32,000 nucleotides of DNA from Methanogenium marinum (GCF_028912405.1 NZ_JAKELO010000002.1:969276-1001275), one strand, 5' to 3'; counted from the first letter of the stretch, positions 14,511-25,966 are shown. A program made the numbers and translations. The notes: generated by a model from the sequence alone, not told the origin.

Positions 14511-15842
14511 TCACGGCAAATACCCGTCCACACACTCCAAAAACCGCTCCATCGTCTCCCGCGAATACGGCCCTTCCTCATAGGCCGTGACAATCGTCAT
14601 TGCACCCTTAAAGGTGGAGAGGGCCATGAGGAAACCATACGGCCAGCAGACACACGGAAGGAGACAGACATCCCGGAGACCAAGGGGGCGGCCGTCCGTT
14701 CCCTTTAGCGGGAGAAAGTCTTCTTCCCTGAATATCCCGATATTCGAGAATACCGGATTTTTCTGGCCTGTCGTTTCGTACATCTGCATCATCCCGTCAA
14801 AAAACTCTTTGACCGCAGGCATACCACCTGCACAAATATCCTCATAGAAGAGGATGCACCCAAGTCCCATTCCAAGACCCTCCGCTTTCCGCTGTTTTGT
14901 CACTGTTGTTACCTGGCCGATGACATCCTCCAACCGTGCGTCTTCAACGGCGGTGATGGTAACCTCGTAGGCGACCGAGAGGTTCAATGGCGGATACTCC
15001 TTCGGGCCGTTTGCATCAGTGAGGGGGCGTCGGAGGTCTGCAGAAGTGAGAAGGGAACGTGGTGCATCGATATCTGCAGGGTCGTCCCGGACAGCACGAA
15101 AGGCCAAAAAAAAGGCACCGATCATGATGTCATTTACTGTGGCACCATGTTCTTTCCCAAACTCTTTTGCCCGCCGGAGCCGGTCGGACGAAAGGGTTCG
15201 TGAGGCAATCCGGGAATTCCCCTTTTCCATTCGTTCGGTGGGGAACCGCCATCGGTCCACAAAGGGCTCCTCGTTTTGTTGCGCCTCTTTCATCTCCTCC
15301 GCCGTGAACCTGGCAAGAACCGGACCGGTGCTGCGGTCGTACCACCCGGTGGGGGCGGGCCGGAAGTCCGAATCTGTTTCAATACCCCGATAGTTTGCAA
15401 AGAGCTGCCGGGCCAGATCCCTGAGGCCGCCTGCGTCACAGAAACCGTGGTGGCAGGTGACCGTTACCCGGTCGCCTCCCTTTTCCCGTGACAGGCTGAC
15501 CCGCAGTTGGGGCCCGTTCCGGACGTCAAGGGGTGCGGGGGGAGACTCAGGAGGCATCGGATTATCATCTCCATCTCCATCATTAGACGGAAGACAAACA
15601 AAGGCCCGCTCCCACTCTCCTTCAGGAATCTCGTCCCAGCAGGGCATACCGTCCCCTTCCGCAAACCGTGACCGGAGATAGGGATTTGATTCGAGCAGGC
15701 GCATGGTGGCCATCCGCAGCACCGCTTCGTCGAGGTGCCCGTCAAACGCAAAGACGATGTGCATCGTCGGGTCATAGATACGCTCAAAATAGACATTGAA
15801 GAGGTCAAAGGCAGGTGCGGGATGGCCGGGGGGACAGATCAT
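14511..15842 (-). CDS. Stand-alone condensation-domain-like acyltransferase (HHxxxDG superfamily)
   Basis: The 443-aa ORF carries VTCHHGFCDAGG (HHxxxD.G) at the position expected for condensation / WS-DGAT / PapA5-like enzymes. GC is host-like. Confidence 0.6.
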   Translation of the reverse strand: MICPPGHPAPAFDLFNVYFERIYDPTMHIVFAFDGHLDEAVLRMATMRLLESNPYLRSRFAEGDGMPCWDEIPEGEWERAFVCLPSNDGDGDDNPMPPESPPAPLDVRNGPQLRVSLSREKGGDRVTVTCHHGFCDAGGLRDLARQLFANYRGIETDSDFRPAPTGWYDRSTGPVLARFTAEEMKEAQQNEEPFVDRWRFPTERMEKGNSRIASRTLSSDRLRRAKEFGKEHGATVNDIMIGAFFLAFRAVRDDPADIDAPRSLLTSADLRRPLTDANGPKEYPPLNLSVAYEVTITAVEDARLEDVIGQVTTVTKQRKAEGLGMGLGCILFYEDICAGGMPAVKEFFDGMMQMYETTGQKNPVFSNIGIFREEDFLPLKGTDGRPLGLRDVCLLPCVCWPYGFLMALSTFKGAMTIVTAYEEGPYSRETMERFLECVDGYLP

Positions 15843-16066
15843 ATCAGATGATATTCTTTCAGAAGAGGATATGTGCTTTCACACGCTGTTTTCGCGGCAT
15901 CCTCAGGAATGACAAATAAACAGATACCGGAATAGATCCTATTTCTGGATCAGACACGAAAAAAGATTTCAGAGCATCAATGGCACAGCATCGTCCCGTT
16001 ACGGGAATCATTTTGCTGCATTGCGCTCCACTCTCAGTATGAAGCGATTCCCCCCGAAGGTGACTT

Positions 16067-17641
16067 GTGACTGACAGAAACCCTGCCCTGTGCAGTGCCC
16101 TACTCGGTCTTGGTGCCGGAATAATCATCACCGTAGTGATAACCGTCTTCTCAAAAGGCTGGTGGCACCTCACATCATATAACCAGACCCTCATGGGGAT
16201 GGGAGTTGTCCACACAGATGTATCCCTTCTCTTAGTGCTCTTCTTTGCCGGATGCTGCATTCCCTTCATGCTTCATACCAGTTCCCGGCCCACAATTCTC
16301 ATGCATGCCGCCCTGACCGGCCTCATCGCCGCAGGCGTGGCCCGCATCCTGCCGTTCGTCGGGAAGCCCGCCTATATCATCTCCTCGCTTCTCTCAACCA
16401 TACCGCAACTCCTCATCATCCTCGCCTGCGGAGTACTGGTGGCCGCCTTCGGGGGACTCTTTGCCTCATTCATCAGGAAGGAGGAGGAGGGGGGACTGGG
16501 GTTTGCCCCTCTCATCCCGGTGGCCATCGTCACCATCGCGGTGATTGTCCTCCCACTGCTTCTGGCCACTGTAGGCACATCCACCGGCATTATTCCCCCT
16601 GCTCCGTATTCGTGCGGCCCGTCAGAACAGCCGACCGACCTCTTAGTAATCAAACTCTCCTCCAGTGGCGATCTCGAATGGAAAACAACCGTGGACATCA
16701 ATACCTACGACGGAGCAGATGCCCTCACCGAATATTCAGACGGCTATGCCATCGCAACAACAGAATACTGTCAGGAATCCAGTATCGTGCATCTGATTCT
16801 GTTTGACCGGGAGGGAACCACCCTCAGGCAAACGGAAGTCAGAACTGAATTTGGTCAAGTATCAGCCATCGTCCCCGCACCCGACAACAGGTTCTTCCTT
16901 GCAACAGACACGCCGGGAATCCTTCGCATCGGTCACGAGGGAGAGACCGTCTGGATAAAGTCTCTGGTAAACAAGAGTCAGGGCCCGGCACCAATCTCCC
17001 TTTTGGCACGGAATGATGGCTCCTTCTGTGCCGCCTGGCAAAACCAAATCGTCTGCCTGACAGACAACGGCACCAGACTCTGGGACACTACCCTTAACGC
17101 CGGCAGCGGACCGGAGGTAATGCTCATCTCCCCGGCAGATGCAGGTGGCATCCTCATCTGCACCGAGGGAAACCATGTATTTAACGGCGAACACTTCGAG
17201 ATTCCCCTGATGGCGATTCGTCTGGACGCAGACGGCACCATCCTCTGGGAACAGACGTTCGGCAGTGGAAATGCAGATACCCTGCTGGGTGTCTGGAAAA
17301 ACCCGTCGGGTCATACTATTCTCTATCGGACAATCACATCCCCCAAAAACCTCTGGGGAAAAATCGTTCGGGTATATACCAGTCACCTCATCACTTTGAG
17401 TGACGATGGCACCGTAACCGGATTACAGGAGGTGGAAGATACCGGTGGAGACGTCATCCCGTCACCCGTCAGAGGATACATCTCGGTCGACACCGGTGAG
17501 GAGAGCATTACGATTACCGGATATGATGCCGGTCAGAAGATCTGGAAGAGAGAATATGATATGCAGGCCAACCCGTACTCTCTCAAGGGCATGGGAACAG
17601 CAGACGGCGGATATCTCATCGCCGTCTCTTCTCCTCTCTGA
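16067..17641 (+). CDS. Membrane-anchored beta-propeller (PQQ-like repeat) protein
   Basis: N-terminal multi-TM region followed by repeated ..G..lW.. blades (GDLEWKTTV, GETVWIKSL, GTRLWDTTL, GTILWEQTF, QKIWKREY). The GTG start is uncertain. Confidence 0.55.
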   Translation: MTDRNPALCSALLGLGAGIIITVVITVFSKGWWHLTSYNQTLMGMGVVHTDVSLLLVLFFAGCCIPFMLHTSSRPTILMHAALTGLIAAGVARILPFVGKPAYIISSLLSTIPQLLIILACGVLVAAFGGLFASFIRKEEEGGLGFAPLIPVAIVTIAVIVLPLLLATVGTSTGIIPPAPYSCGPSEQPTDLLVIKLSSSGDLEWKTTVDINTYDGADALTEYSDGYAIATTEYCQESSIVHLILFDREGTTLRQTEVRTEFGQVSAIVPAPDNRFFLATDTPGILRIGHEGETVWIKSLVNKSQGPAPISLLARNDGSFCAAWQNQIVCLTDNGTRLWDTTLNAGSGPEVMLISPADAGGILICTEGNHVFNGEHFEIPLMAIRLDADGTILWEQTFGSGNADTLLGVWKNPSGHTILYRTITSPKNLWGKIVRVYTSHLITLSDDGTVTGLQEVEDTGGDVIPSPVRGYISVDTGEESITITGYDAGQKIWKREYDMQANPYSLKGMGTADGGYLIAVSSPL

Positions 17642-17721
17642 AAGGAGGGATGAATGAGGGTGTACAGGCGGGGCAGGACAGAGATACAGGAAAAAAACTG
17701 GCGAAATCCCAGGTTACTACT

Positions 17722-18147
17722 TCATGAAATCCCCGAGAAAAACAACAGCACCCACAGAACCGAGAGAGGGAGGGCAAGTATTCTCGGAAGATTCTCTTTT
17801 TTTGAAGACATCCACCCGATCACGCCGAGAATGAATGGCAGAACCAGATGGTATCCTGCAAAACGGATCAGATAAGCTGTATCCATTGGATACGTCGCAA
17901 AACCAGGTGAGAGGAGAATAATGAGAATGAAGAAAACATACGAGAAAAACCCCGCAATAAATGCCCGGATACTGTCGCCGGTCATATATCCGAACAGCAG
18001 GGCACCAGCAGGATACGCAAAGAGCAGAATAACGGCAAGAATTGGGTACGCATAGGTTCCAACAGTGAGAATCGCAAAGCCGAGAAGATAGAGAACAAAA
18101 AGACCGTTTTTTCTCTCAGGACTTAGCCGTGCATACCCTTCTTTCAT
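17722..18147 (-). CDS. Hypothetical small membrane protein (4 TM)
   Basis: 141-aa ORF, strongly hydrophobic. No family recognised. Confidence 0.45.
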   Translation of the reverse strand: MKEGYARLSPERKNGLFVLYLLGFAILTVGTYAYPILAVILLFAYPAGALLFGYMTGDSIRAFIAGFFSYVFFILIILLSPGFATYPMDTAYLIRFAGYHLVLPFILGVIGWMSSKKENLPRILALPLSVLWVLLFFSGIS

Positions 18148-18345
18148 GGGAGGAGGATTCCATCTTCTCTTCCATGAAGGTTTGCAGGGGGAAATCTCAT
18201 TTTTCCGGTGTACAATTGCTGTACCAGACTACCTTACCGATGGAGTGTATCTTTTCTGCCGCCAAACACCGGAATCAGTACAACATAGTAATAGATTTTG
18301 CATTTGGCAGTGATGCAATAACCGCATATACGACCTTAACCAAAA

Positions 18346-19248
18346 ATGTACCTGGTTAAGGGAAATATGAATTTTATCCTCGTTTTCTTTGACTTTTTCA
18401 TAAATTCATTCGCTCTGGTCAGTGTTACCTTTGCATTGTTTTCGGTTTTGATATATCTGATAATACAGAAGCTCAAAAATGAAAAATATCAGTTCTTTAC
18501 CGCAATTGCATGCGGTTTTTTCCTGGTGGCAGTCTCCAGCGGTTTTTCCGGGATCAGTTTAACAGGTGAGATTACCCGAACAATTGGAACAGTTCTGATA
18601 CTCATCGCACCCCTGATTGTCTTTAAACGATACCTGCATACAAAAGACGAACTGATAGCAGTATTTCTCATATCTGTCCTCTACCCGGCATACTTTCGCT
18701 CCTCACAATACCAGTGCGGAGGCCCTGCCATGGTCGGATACTACCCGTGGTATGTTGCGGTTCTGGGAGATTGTATCGGCCCCCTTATTCTTTCACTCGC
18801 TGCGGTAAGCACCCTGATTGTTATCAGACGAGTCTATGAAAAACTGAAGCCGGGTAAATGCATGTTGATTATATTTGGGTTACTCATTCCCGCCACAATA
18901 TGGTTCACCTACGCTGTCGCATCAGCCTCGGTTGCAGTATTGATACTCATCATTCTCAATGCATGTATGAAAGATGCAGGGAATCACCGTGATTTCAGGA
19001 TTTCAGCAGGAATGATCATCTCAGCGGTAGTGATCGCTTTGCCCTGGAACTTCCTGGCAGGACTCCCGTGCATCCGAAATTTCTTCCCAATATGGATTAT
19101 TCCTGTTCTTGCAGTATCCGTTGGGGCCGCTGCCCCTCTCTATTACATACAGTCAAAGATACCGGAAAAATGGATGGAAATCTCTGCCTTCACATTATGT
19201 TTCATCGTTTCTGTGATGATACTCCCTTTTACTGGTCTTATCAGCTGA
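18346..19248 (+). CDS. Hypothetical polytopic membrane protein
   Basis: 300-aa ORF with about 8 hydrophobic segments. The alternative start at 18367 (MNFILVF) is possible. Confidence 0.5.
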   Translation: MYLVKGNMNFILVFFDFFINSFALVSVTFALFSVLIYLIIQKLKNEKYQFFTAIACGFFLVAVSSGFSGISLTGEITRTIGTVLILIAPLIVFKRYLHTKDELIAVFLISVLYPAYFRSSQYQCGGPAMVGYYPWYVAVLGDCIGPLILSLAAVSTLIVIRRVYEKLKPGKCMLIIFGLLIPATIWFTYAVASASVAVLILIILNACMKDAGNHRDFRISAGMIISAVVIALPWNFLAGLPCIRNFFPIWIIPVLAVSVGAAAPLYYIQSKIPEKWMEISAFTLCFIVSVMILPFTGLIS

Positions 19249-19273
19249 TGGCCAGAGAAATGTCTGTGCTGTC

Positions 19274-20092
19274 TCACACATAATTCTGATCTTCATCCAC
19301 CGGGACGGAACCCACCACCGCCGCCTTCATCCGGGCAATGTAGTCAGAGAGTTCCCGCTCCATGCCCGCCAAATCCCCGACATGTCTCTCAACAATCTCA
19401 ACAATGGCACTGCCGACAATAACCCCGTCAGCGCCTGCCTCAACCGCCTGCCGGGCATGGGTCTCTGTGGCAATTCCAAAGCCAAGGGCGAGCGGTAGTG
19501 AGGTCTCTTTCCGGACTCTCTGGATGAGAGGAACAGCGGCCTCAGAGAGCGTCTCACGTCTCCCGGTCACCCCGGAAAGGGAGACGAGATAAAGAAAACC
19601 GCCGGCCAGATCTGTGATCTTTTTTACCCTCTCCGGCGGGGTGGTCGGTGTCACCGTGAATATCGGTGCAATTCCAGACTCTGTCGCATACTGCATCACC
19701 AGATGGCCTTCTTCAACCGGCATATCAACGATCAGAATGCCGTCAACACCGGCCGCTTTTGCATCCTTATAGAAGCGTGCTGGCCCGCGGGAATAGACCG
19801 TGTTGCAGTACACAAGCAGGACAACCGGAACCTCTGATGTTTTCCTGATCTCTCTCACCAGTGCAAAGGCCGAATCGGTCGTTGCCCCGGCAGAAAGTGC
19901 CCGTTCATCGGCCCGCTGAATGACCGGCCCGTCACCCACCGGATCAGAGAACGGGATACCCAGTTCCAGAATGTCTGCTCCGGAATGAATTATTGTCTGT
20001 GCCACAGCAAGCGATGTTGTCAGATCAGGGTCGCCTGCCACCGTAAAGGCGATGAATGCCGGTCGCTCAAAGACCGTTTCAAATCTGTTCAT
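19274..20092 (-). CDS. trpA: Tryptophan synthase alpha chain
   Basis: [17 protein letters not shown] motif. The start is set at ATG 20092 (MNRFETVF...), overlapping the trpB stop by 14 nt. Confidence 0.92.
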   Translation of the reverse strand: MNRFETVFERPAFIAFTVAGDPDLTTSLAVAQTIIHSGADILELGIPFSDPVGDGPVIQRADERALSAGATTDSAFALVREIRKTSEVPVVLLVYCNTVYSRGPARFYKDAKAAGVDGILIVDMPVEEGHLVMQYATESGIAPIFTVTPTTPPERVKKITDLAGGFLYLVSLSGVTGRRETLSEAAVPLIQRVRKETSLPLALGFGIATETHARQAVEAGADGVIVGSAIVEIVERHVGDLAGMERELSDYIARMKAAVVGSVPVDEDQNYV

Positions 20093-21245
20093 GGACAACC
20101 TCCCGTGTGATATCCTTGTCACCCCTCCCCGAAAGGTTGATGATGACAATATCATCTTTCTCAAACCGGTCCTGCTCACGGAGGAGATACGCCACCGCAT
20201 GCGCCGACTCAAGGGCCGGCACAATGCCCTCCCTGCGTGAGAGGTAGCGGAATGCGTTCAGGACTTCATCATCAGGCACACTTTCATAGTGCACCCGGCC
20301 GGTATCTTTGAGCATACTGTGCTCCGGCCCGACCGAGGGGTAATCCAGGCCTGCTGCAACAGAGTACGTTTCAATAACCTGCCCATCGTCGTCCTGAAGA
20401 AGGTAGGAAAGAGCGCCGTGCAGAATCCCCGGCCGGCCACTCTCAAGCGAAGCACCGTGTTCTCCGGGCGCTTTGCCTCTGCCGCCGGCTTCAACACCGA
20501 CAAGCTTCACATCATCCTTCAGGAAGGGATGGAACATGCCGATGGCATTGGATCCACCGCCCACACAGGCGATAACCGTATCCGGGAGACGCCCTTCGTG
20601 TTCAAGGATCTGACGCCGGGCCTCTGTTCCAATAACAGTCTGGAAATCCCGTACCATCTCAGGATACGGGTGTGGGCCGACGACAGAACCAAGGATGTAG
20701 GCCGAATCCTCACTACTGGCCGCCCATTCACGCATCGCTTCATTGACAGCATCTTTCAGGGTCGCCGTGCCGCCCTTCACCGGGATGACTGTTGCGCCCA
20801 TAAGTTCCATCCGGAATACATTCAGGCTCTGCCTCTGGCAGTCGGTCTCTCCCATATACACCTCGACAGGAAGATTCAGCACGGCACCTGCTATCGCTGT
20901 TGCAACACCATGCTGCCCGGCACCCGTCTCTGCAATCAGGCGTTTTTTGCCCATGTGTTTTGCCAGAAGGGCCTGTCCGAGAGTATTGTTAAGTTTGTGC
21001 GCCCCGCTGTGGAGGAGATCTTCCCGTTTGAGATACACCCTGCACCCCATATCTGCCGAAACATTCCTGCAGAAGGTCAGGGGAGTCTCCCTTCCTGCAT
21101 ACTCCTTCAGGTAGAACGAAAGCTCTTCTCTGAATTCCTTCGTCGGGCAGACTGAATTCCGCCCCTCCTCAAGTGCCGTTACGGCTGCCATGAGGGTTTC
21201 GGGGACAAATTGTCCGCCAAAATCTCCAAAACGTCCTTTACTCAT
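20079..21245 (-). CDS. trpB: Tryptophan synthase beta chain
   Basis: [18 protein letters not shown] and the PLP-lysine motif HSGAHKLNN. The start at 21245 overlaps the trpF stop (ATGA). Confidence 0.95.
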   Translation of the reverse strand: MSKGRFGDFGGQFVPETLMAAVTALEEGRNSVCPTKEFREELSFYLKEYAGRETPLTFCRNVSADMGCRVYLKREDLLHSGAHKLNNTLGQALLAKHMGKKRLIAETGAGQHGVATAIAGAVLNLPVEVYMGETDCQRQSLNVFRMELMGATVIPVKGGTATLKDAVNEAMREWAASSEDSAYILGSVVGPHPYPEMVRDFQTVIGTEARRQILEHEGRLPDTVIACVGGGSNAIGMFHPFLKDDVKLVGVEAGGRGKAPGEHGASLESGRPGILHGALSYLLQDDDGQVIETYSVAAGLDYPSVGPEHSMLKDTGRVHYESVPDDEVLNAFRYLSRREGIVPALESAHAVAYLLREQDRFEKDDIVIINLSGRGDKDITREVVHEQI

Positions 21246-21811
21246 GTTGACCTCCTGCATGCAGTAACAAATGCACGCACCAGCCGGGGGTCCTTGACAC
21301 CGGGCCGGCATTCGACACCTGATGCCACATCAAGGGCATAGGGGCCAAGGGCCACCGCTGTCCGGGCATTCTCCGGTGTTAATCCTCCGGCAAGAATGAC
21401 CGGGAGAGAAGATCTCTCCAAAACCTGCCGGGCAAACTCACGATTAAAGGGCAGTCCCTTCCCTCTGCTCGCATCTATCACAACCGCATCACAACTCTGT
21501 GATGGCTGTTCTCCGGGAGCAACCATGCGCAGAACTCTGGCACGGGTGCGAGGAAGGGATACTCCTGCCCCCACCTGCACTACCGCCGGGTTTAGGGACA
21601 ATATCTCATCTATCTCTTCTGCATTTTCTGTTGCCGTCACACATACTCCGGTAGTGAAGGGGCCAAGAGAGTCAAGAATTTCTCCGGCACGCTCAACTGC
21701 AACCGAACGCAGCGAATCACTGAAGACAACGATGCCCACCGCATCCGCCCCGACCTCTTCTGCGTAGCATGCATCCGCGGGTGTTGTCACCCCACATATT
21801 TTTATGCGCAT
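21242..21811 (-). CDS. trpF: Phosphoribosylanthranilate isomerase
   Basis: [10 protein letters not shown]...[10 protein letters not shown] pattern, plus its position in the trp operon. Confidence 0.9.
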   Translation of the reverse strand: MRIKICGVTTPADACYAEEVGADAVGIVVFSDSLRSVAVERAGEILDSLGPFTTGVCVTATENAEEIDEILSLNPAVVQVGAGVSLPRTRARVLRMVAPGEQPSQSCDAVVIDASRGKGLPFNREFARQVLERSSLPVILAGGLTPENARTAVALGPYALDVASGVECRPGVKDPRLVRAFVTACRRST

Positions 21812-22551
21812 ACAAATTCCTCCAGCACCGTTCGTGGATCTTCTGCTGACATCAGGGCTGTCCCTACAAGGAAGGCATCGGCGTGGGAAGAAAGCCGTCT
21901 GATATCCTCCTGCCCTCCAATCCCGCTCATCGAGACAACAAGCCTGCCGGCATCCCGTATGGAACCCGCCAGGGCGGCTGTTGTTTCCGGCATGACCTGC
22001 ATCGTCCGGAGGTCACGGTTGTTTATGCCGATAATTTCCGCACCGGATGCAAGTGCCATTGTAACTTCATCAGGTGTGTGCACCTCGACAAGGGGTTCAA
22101 GCCCTGCCGCATACGCAGCAGAGACAAAGTCACAGAGCCGTTCTTCGAGAAGACCCGCAATCAGGAGCACGGCATCTGCTCCGAGGGCTTTTGTTTCTTC
22201 AATCTGACACATATCAATGATGAAGTCCTTCCTTAAAACCGGAAGAGAGACAGCATCCTTCACCGCTGCAATATCCTCTGCCCTGCCCCCGAAAAAATCA
22301 GGTTCCGTCAGAACCGAGAGAGCTACACAACCACCCTTCCGGTATTCTTCTGCGATCTTTCCCGGGTTGGTTCGTTCCCGTATCATACCACGGGACGGGG
22401 AAGAGAACTTAATCTCAGCAATCACCGCGTGCCTGCCCTGAACAGAGGTTATTGCCTCCTTCAGACTCAGCGGACAATTATTTGTCATTCCGCGGGGTGC
22501 AGGCTCCGGGCTGCGAAGTGCTGTTTTTTGGATAATATCATCCAGTATCAT
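21802..22551 (-). CDS. trpC: Indole-3-glycerol phosphate synthase
   Basis: [13 protein letters not shown] and VLRKDFIID motifs. Confidence 0.92.
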   Translation of the reverse strand: MILDDIIQKTALRSPEPAPRGMTNNCPLSLKEAITSVQGRHAVIAEIKFSSPSRGMIRERTNPGKIAEEYRKGGCVALSVLTEPDFFGGRAEDIAAVKDAVSLPVLRKDFIIDMCQIEETKALGADAVLLIAGLLEERLCDFVSAAYAAGLEPLVEVHTPDEVTMALASGAEIIGINNRDLRTMQVMPETTAALAGSIRDAGRLVVSMSGIGGQEDIRRLSSHADAFLVGTALMSAEDPRTVLEEFVCA

Positions 22552-23570
22552 TGGAGAGCTCCTGTCATGGTAATCAGAGACGCAAGTTTTCCCTGGGCCC
22601 GTCCGGAGTCAATAGCGGCCTCTGCACAACGGATGCCCTGTTCAAGGGAATCCGCCCATCCGCCAATGCAAATTGCAGCCCCGGCATTTATGAGAACAAT
22701 GTCACGGTGCGGGCCCTCGTCTCCTCCAAGGACTCCCATCAAAATCTCTGCATTCTCTCTGGCATCGCCTCCCCTGAGGCTGGCCGGGTCGGCCTTTGGT
22801 ATGCCAAAGTCAGTGCAGCAAAGTTCATACTGCTCTATTGTCCCGTTCTTCAGTTCTGAAATCCGTGTTGTTCCGGTCGTTGTGATCTCATCAAGTCCGT
22901 CACCGTGGACAACCATCGCCCGTTGTGTTCCAAGTAGCTTCAGGGCTTCAGCAACGGTATCTGTCAGTTCCGGGCGATAAACACCTACAAGCTGCGCCTT
23001 TGCTCCGGCAGGGTTTGCCAGCGGGCCAAGAATGTTAAAGAGACTGCGAGTACCTATCTCTCTTCTCGGTCCCGCGACCATTTTCATGGCCGGGTGATGA
23101 AGAGGTGCATACAAAAAGCCGATTCCAATCTCATCGATGATGCGGCACATATGCTCCGGGGGGAAAGAAAGAGAGACACCCAGCCGTTCCAGCAGATCAG
23201 CTGAACCACATCTGCTGCTCACACTCCGGTTACCGTGTTTCACAACAGGAATACCCGCACCGGCGGCGACGAATGCAGCGGCCGTGCTGATATTGAACGT
23301 ACCCCGCATATCCCCACCCGTCCCGCAGGTATCAACGAGAGTGCCCGCCACCTGTGGGTGCACCGATGCTGCATGTTCCCTGAGCACACGGGCACAGGCA
23401 GCAATCTCTGCTGTTGTCTCTCCCTTCATGCTCATTGCCGTCAGGAAAGCCCCAATCTGGGCATCGGTGGCACCGCCGGTCATCATCATCGTCATGGCAG
23501 AGGCTGCCTCTGCTGCGCTGAGATCGGTATGAGCCGTCGCCATTGCAATTGCGCTTTGCATCACCTGCAC
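22548..23570 (-). CDS. trpD: Anthranilate phosphoribosyltransferase
   Basis: DTCGTGGD and KHGNRSVSS motifs. Confidence 0.93.
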   Translation of the reverse strand: MQVMQSAIAMATAHTDLSAAEAASAMTMMMTGGATDAQIGAFLTAMSMKGETTAEIAACARVLREHAASVHPQVAGTLVDTCGTGGDMRGTFNISTAAAFVAAGAGIPVVKHGNRSVSSRCGSADLLERLGVSLSFPPEHMCRIIDEIGIGFLYAPLHHPAMKMVAGPRREIGTRSLFNILGPLANPAGAKAQLVGVYRPELTDTVAEALKLLGTQRAMVVHGDGLDEITTTGTTRISELKNGTIEQYELCCTDFGIPKADPASLRGGDARENAEILMGVLGGDEGPHRDIVLINAGAAICIGGWADSLEQGIRCAEAAIDSGRAQGKLASLITMTGALQ

Positions 23571-24136
23571 CCACTCCCGAGGAAATTCTCCATCATATGA
23601 AGACCATGCTCCGTGAGTATGCTCTCCAGGTGAAACTGGATGCCCTCCACCGGATAGTCCCGGTGGCGAACACCCATCACGTACCCGTCATCACAGCTGA
23701 CCGCAGTCACCGCCAGTTCTTCCGGAAGGGAATCTCTGTCCACGATAAGGGAATGATACCGGGTCGCCGTAAACGGATTATCAATTCCCGAAAATATTCC
23801 GGCTCCTTCATGCGATATTTTGGAGGTCATCCCGTGCATCAGGTTCTCTGCCCGGATGATTTTTCCTCCATAGTTCTGGCAGATTGCCTGATGCCCAAGG
23901 CAGACTCCCAGTGTCGGAATTTCCTGTGAAAATGTTCTGAGAGCGTGAAGAGAGAGACCGGATTCCTCAGGGTGGCCGGGCCCGGGAGAGAGAATCACCC
24001 GTTCGATATCCCGGAGACTGACTGTTTCAGGCGGCATATCGTTTCTCACAACAACAGGCTCTGCACCCAGGTGGCCGATCATCTGGCAGAGATTGTAGGT
24101 AAAACTGTCATAGCAGTCAATAACAAGCACTTTCAT
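23561..24136 (-). CDS. trpG: Anthranilate synthase component II (glutamine amidotransferase)
   Basis: GVCLGHQ catalytic Cys motif and the GIQFHLES (conserved GxQFHPES) block. Confidence 0.93.
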   Translation of the reverse strand: MKVLVIDCYDSFTYNLCQMIGHLGAEPVVVRNDMPPETVSLRDIERVILSPGPGHPEESGLSLHALRTFSQEIPTLGVCLGHQAICQNYGGKIIRAENLMHGMTSKISHEGAGIFSGIDNPFTATRYHSLIVDRDSLPEELAVTAVSCDDGYVMGVRHRDYPVEGIQFHLESILTEHGLHMMENFLGSGCR

Positions 24137-25623
24137 GATCGCTCCTCCGCCATTTGAATGGCTTCAAGCATGGCACGGGCCTTTATCCCGCTCTCGGCAT
24201 ACTCCTTTTCGGGGACAGAATCGGCGACTATACCCGCTCCTGCCTGAACAGAGGCCCGTCCGTCTTCAATTACTATCGTCCGGATGGCTATCGCGAGATT
24301 CAGGTCCCCTTTGAGCCCGATATACCCTGCTGCTCCTGCATAGATGCCCCTCGGGTCGTCTTCGAGTTCATTGATTATCTGCATTGCCCGTATCTTGGGC
24401 GCACCGGAAACGGTTCCTGCAGGAAAACAGGAGACAAACGCATCAAACCGGTCGCAGCCATCCCTGAGTTCGCCGCTCACCCGTGAAACGATATGCTGCA
24501 CGTGAGAGAACTTCTCAATCTTCATGAACGTCTCCGGAACAACGGTGCCATATCTGGATACCCGGCCGAGGTCGTTGCGAGCAAGATCAACAAGCATGAG
24601 ATGTTCGGCGCACTCCTTTTTGTCTGCGAGGAGATCCCGTGCGAGTTCGATATCCTCTTCACCGTTTCGTCCGCGGGGACGAGTGCCTGCAATGGGGACG
24701 GTTGTTACCGTTTTTCCTTCGACCCGCACCAGCATCTCCGGGCTGGAACCAATAATCTGCCTCGTCCCAAAGTCCATGAAATACATATAATTGCTCGGGT
24801 TCACGTCACGGAGGGCTGAATAGAGAGTAATGGACGGTGCCGTGTAGGGGCACTCCATTCTCCGTGAGATTACTGTCTGGAGAATTTCTCCCGCGTGGAC
24901 ATACTCCCGCGTCTGTGCAACCCGTTCTTCAAAGGTCTCCTGTGAGAAGTTTGAGGTATGAGGTATCTCTGCTGTGCCGTGGTAAATCGGCTCATCTTTT
25001 TTTGCCGGAGGTGCACAGAGTATCTGTTGAATCCGCCCGAATGCATTCTTATACTCCTCAGATGGGACGGAGTCTTCGGTTATAAGGGGATAGCTAACGA
25101 GGTAGCTTTTATTCTCATCGTGATCGGTGACAATGCTCTCACGGGCGAGCATAAACGCAGCCAGTGGTGTATCACTCCGGATTACCGCATCATTTTTCCG
25201 ACGCGGGGGGAGTTTATCAAAAAGTGCATAGACCAGATCATAGGCGAAGTATCCGGCAAAGCATCCGGTAAAATCCGGCGTGTTTTCTGCACATATCGTA
25301 AAGGCATCAACAATCGACCGGATTGTTTCAACCGGCGTTCCCTCTACTGCCGCACGGCGTGCACAGGCAACATACCGTTCATCACCGGTCAGACTGAGGG
25401 TTTCTCCGACGGATATCGTCAGCACCGGCTCCATCCCATAAACCGAGTGGCGTGCATCCCGCCTCTCTCTATCCATAGATTCAAGAATAAATCCGCACTC
25501 TCCTTCAGGAGAGAAATCTTCCGGCACGCTCGTACAGAGAGGGATTATTGCGGGCTTTGTGCATTTTTCTGCAATCGTTTCAAATTCTTCCAAAGATATG
25601 TTTAGTTGTATTGCGGTTTCCAT
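24133..25623 (-). CDS. trpE: Anthranilate synthase component I
   Basis: Typical TrpE C-terminal chorismate-binding blocks (GTRPRG, GAAGYIG). ATG 25623 (METAIQ) is preferred over 25647 because a TATA-like box at 25663-25670 would place the TSS downstream of 25647. Confidence 0.9.
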   Translation of the reverse strand: METAIQLNISLEEFETIAEKCTKPAIIPLCTSVPEDFSPEGECGFILESMDRERRDARHSVYGMEPVLTISVGETLSLTGDERYVACARRAAVEGTPVETIRSIVDAFTICAENTPDFTGCFAGYFAYDLVYALFDKLPPRRKNDAVIRSDTPLAAFMLARESIVTDHDENKSYLVSYPLITEDSVPSEEYKNAFGRIQQILCAPPAKKDEPIYHGTAEIPHTSNFSQETFEERVAQTREYVHAGEILQTVISRRMECPYTAPSITLYSALRDVNPSNYMYFMDFGTRQIIGSSPEMLVRVEGKTVTTVPIAGTRPRGRNGEEDIELARDLLADKKECAEHLMLVDLARNDLGRVSRYGTVVPETFMKIEKFSHVQHIVSRVSGELRDGCDRFDAFVSCFPAGTVSGAPKIRAMQIINELEDDPRGIYAGAAGYIGLKGDLNLAIAIRTIVIEDGRASVQAGAGIVADSVPEKEYAESGIKARAMLEAIQMAEERS

Positions 25624-25662
25624 TCCACCGGCATCACCTATGCACATATTTGTACTTCATTG

Positions 25663-25670
25663 TATTAATA
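25663..25670 (-). promoter_or_regulatory. Candidate TATA box of the trp operon
   Basis: TATTAATA on the minus strand lies about 40 nt upstream of ATG 25623. GGTGAT/GGTGGA SD-like sequence lies between them. Confidence 0.35.
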
Positions 25671-25966
25671 TGTCCGGAATATCCCCTTGTGCCCTCCCTC
25701 TATGGATGAATTGATTTCGGATATTCCTGAACATAAATGAACCCGGATATATTGTTCGAAAAAAGTATTACACAAAAAATGCTGACATCTGAATCGATTC
25801 TTCCGATATCTGCTCTGAATGTATCTTTCCCGGCCTAAGCGTATTTGACTGCACATTGAATTCGTAAAAATGCAGGAGAATATCAGAACATACTGAATCT
25901 GAGCACCATTCTCAACCTGAGAAAGGGACAACTCACATTCAGTGTACTGATGTGAACAGGTATGGC

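Noticed and set aside
14273-14593. 106-aa minus-strand ORF at the right edge of the islet
   Set aside because: It overlaps the 3' end of the condensation-domain gene in another frame and has an implausible composition. The non-coding stretch 14194-14510 remains unassigned.
15859-16269. 136-aa minus-strand ORF between the condensation-domain gene and the beta-propeller gene
   Set aside because: It overlaps the start of the plus-strand membrane/propeller gene and has no motifs.
20289-21155. 288-aa plus-strand ORF, and many other long ORFs antisense to the trp genes, lig, hisD and others
   Set aside because: They lie antisense to strongly supported genes in GC-rich DNA. Their translations are Arg/Pro/Ser-rich with no motifs, as is typical of shadow ORFs.
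25665-25931. 88-aa minus-strand ORF in the trpE upstream region
   Set aside because: It sits in an AT-rich intergenic region that carries the likely trp promoter. It is Cys/Phe-rich with no similarity to anything I recognise.
25892-25943. Imperfect inverted repeat ACTGAATCTGAG ... CTCACATTCAGT downstream of the serine hydrolase gene
   Set aside because: It has one mismatch and a 28-nt loop, and it occurs only once. It may be a weak terminator or operator, but the evidence is insufficient to call it.
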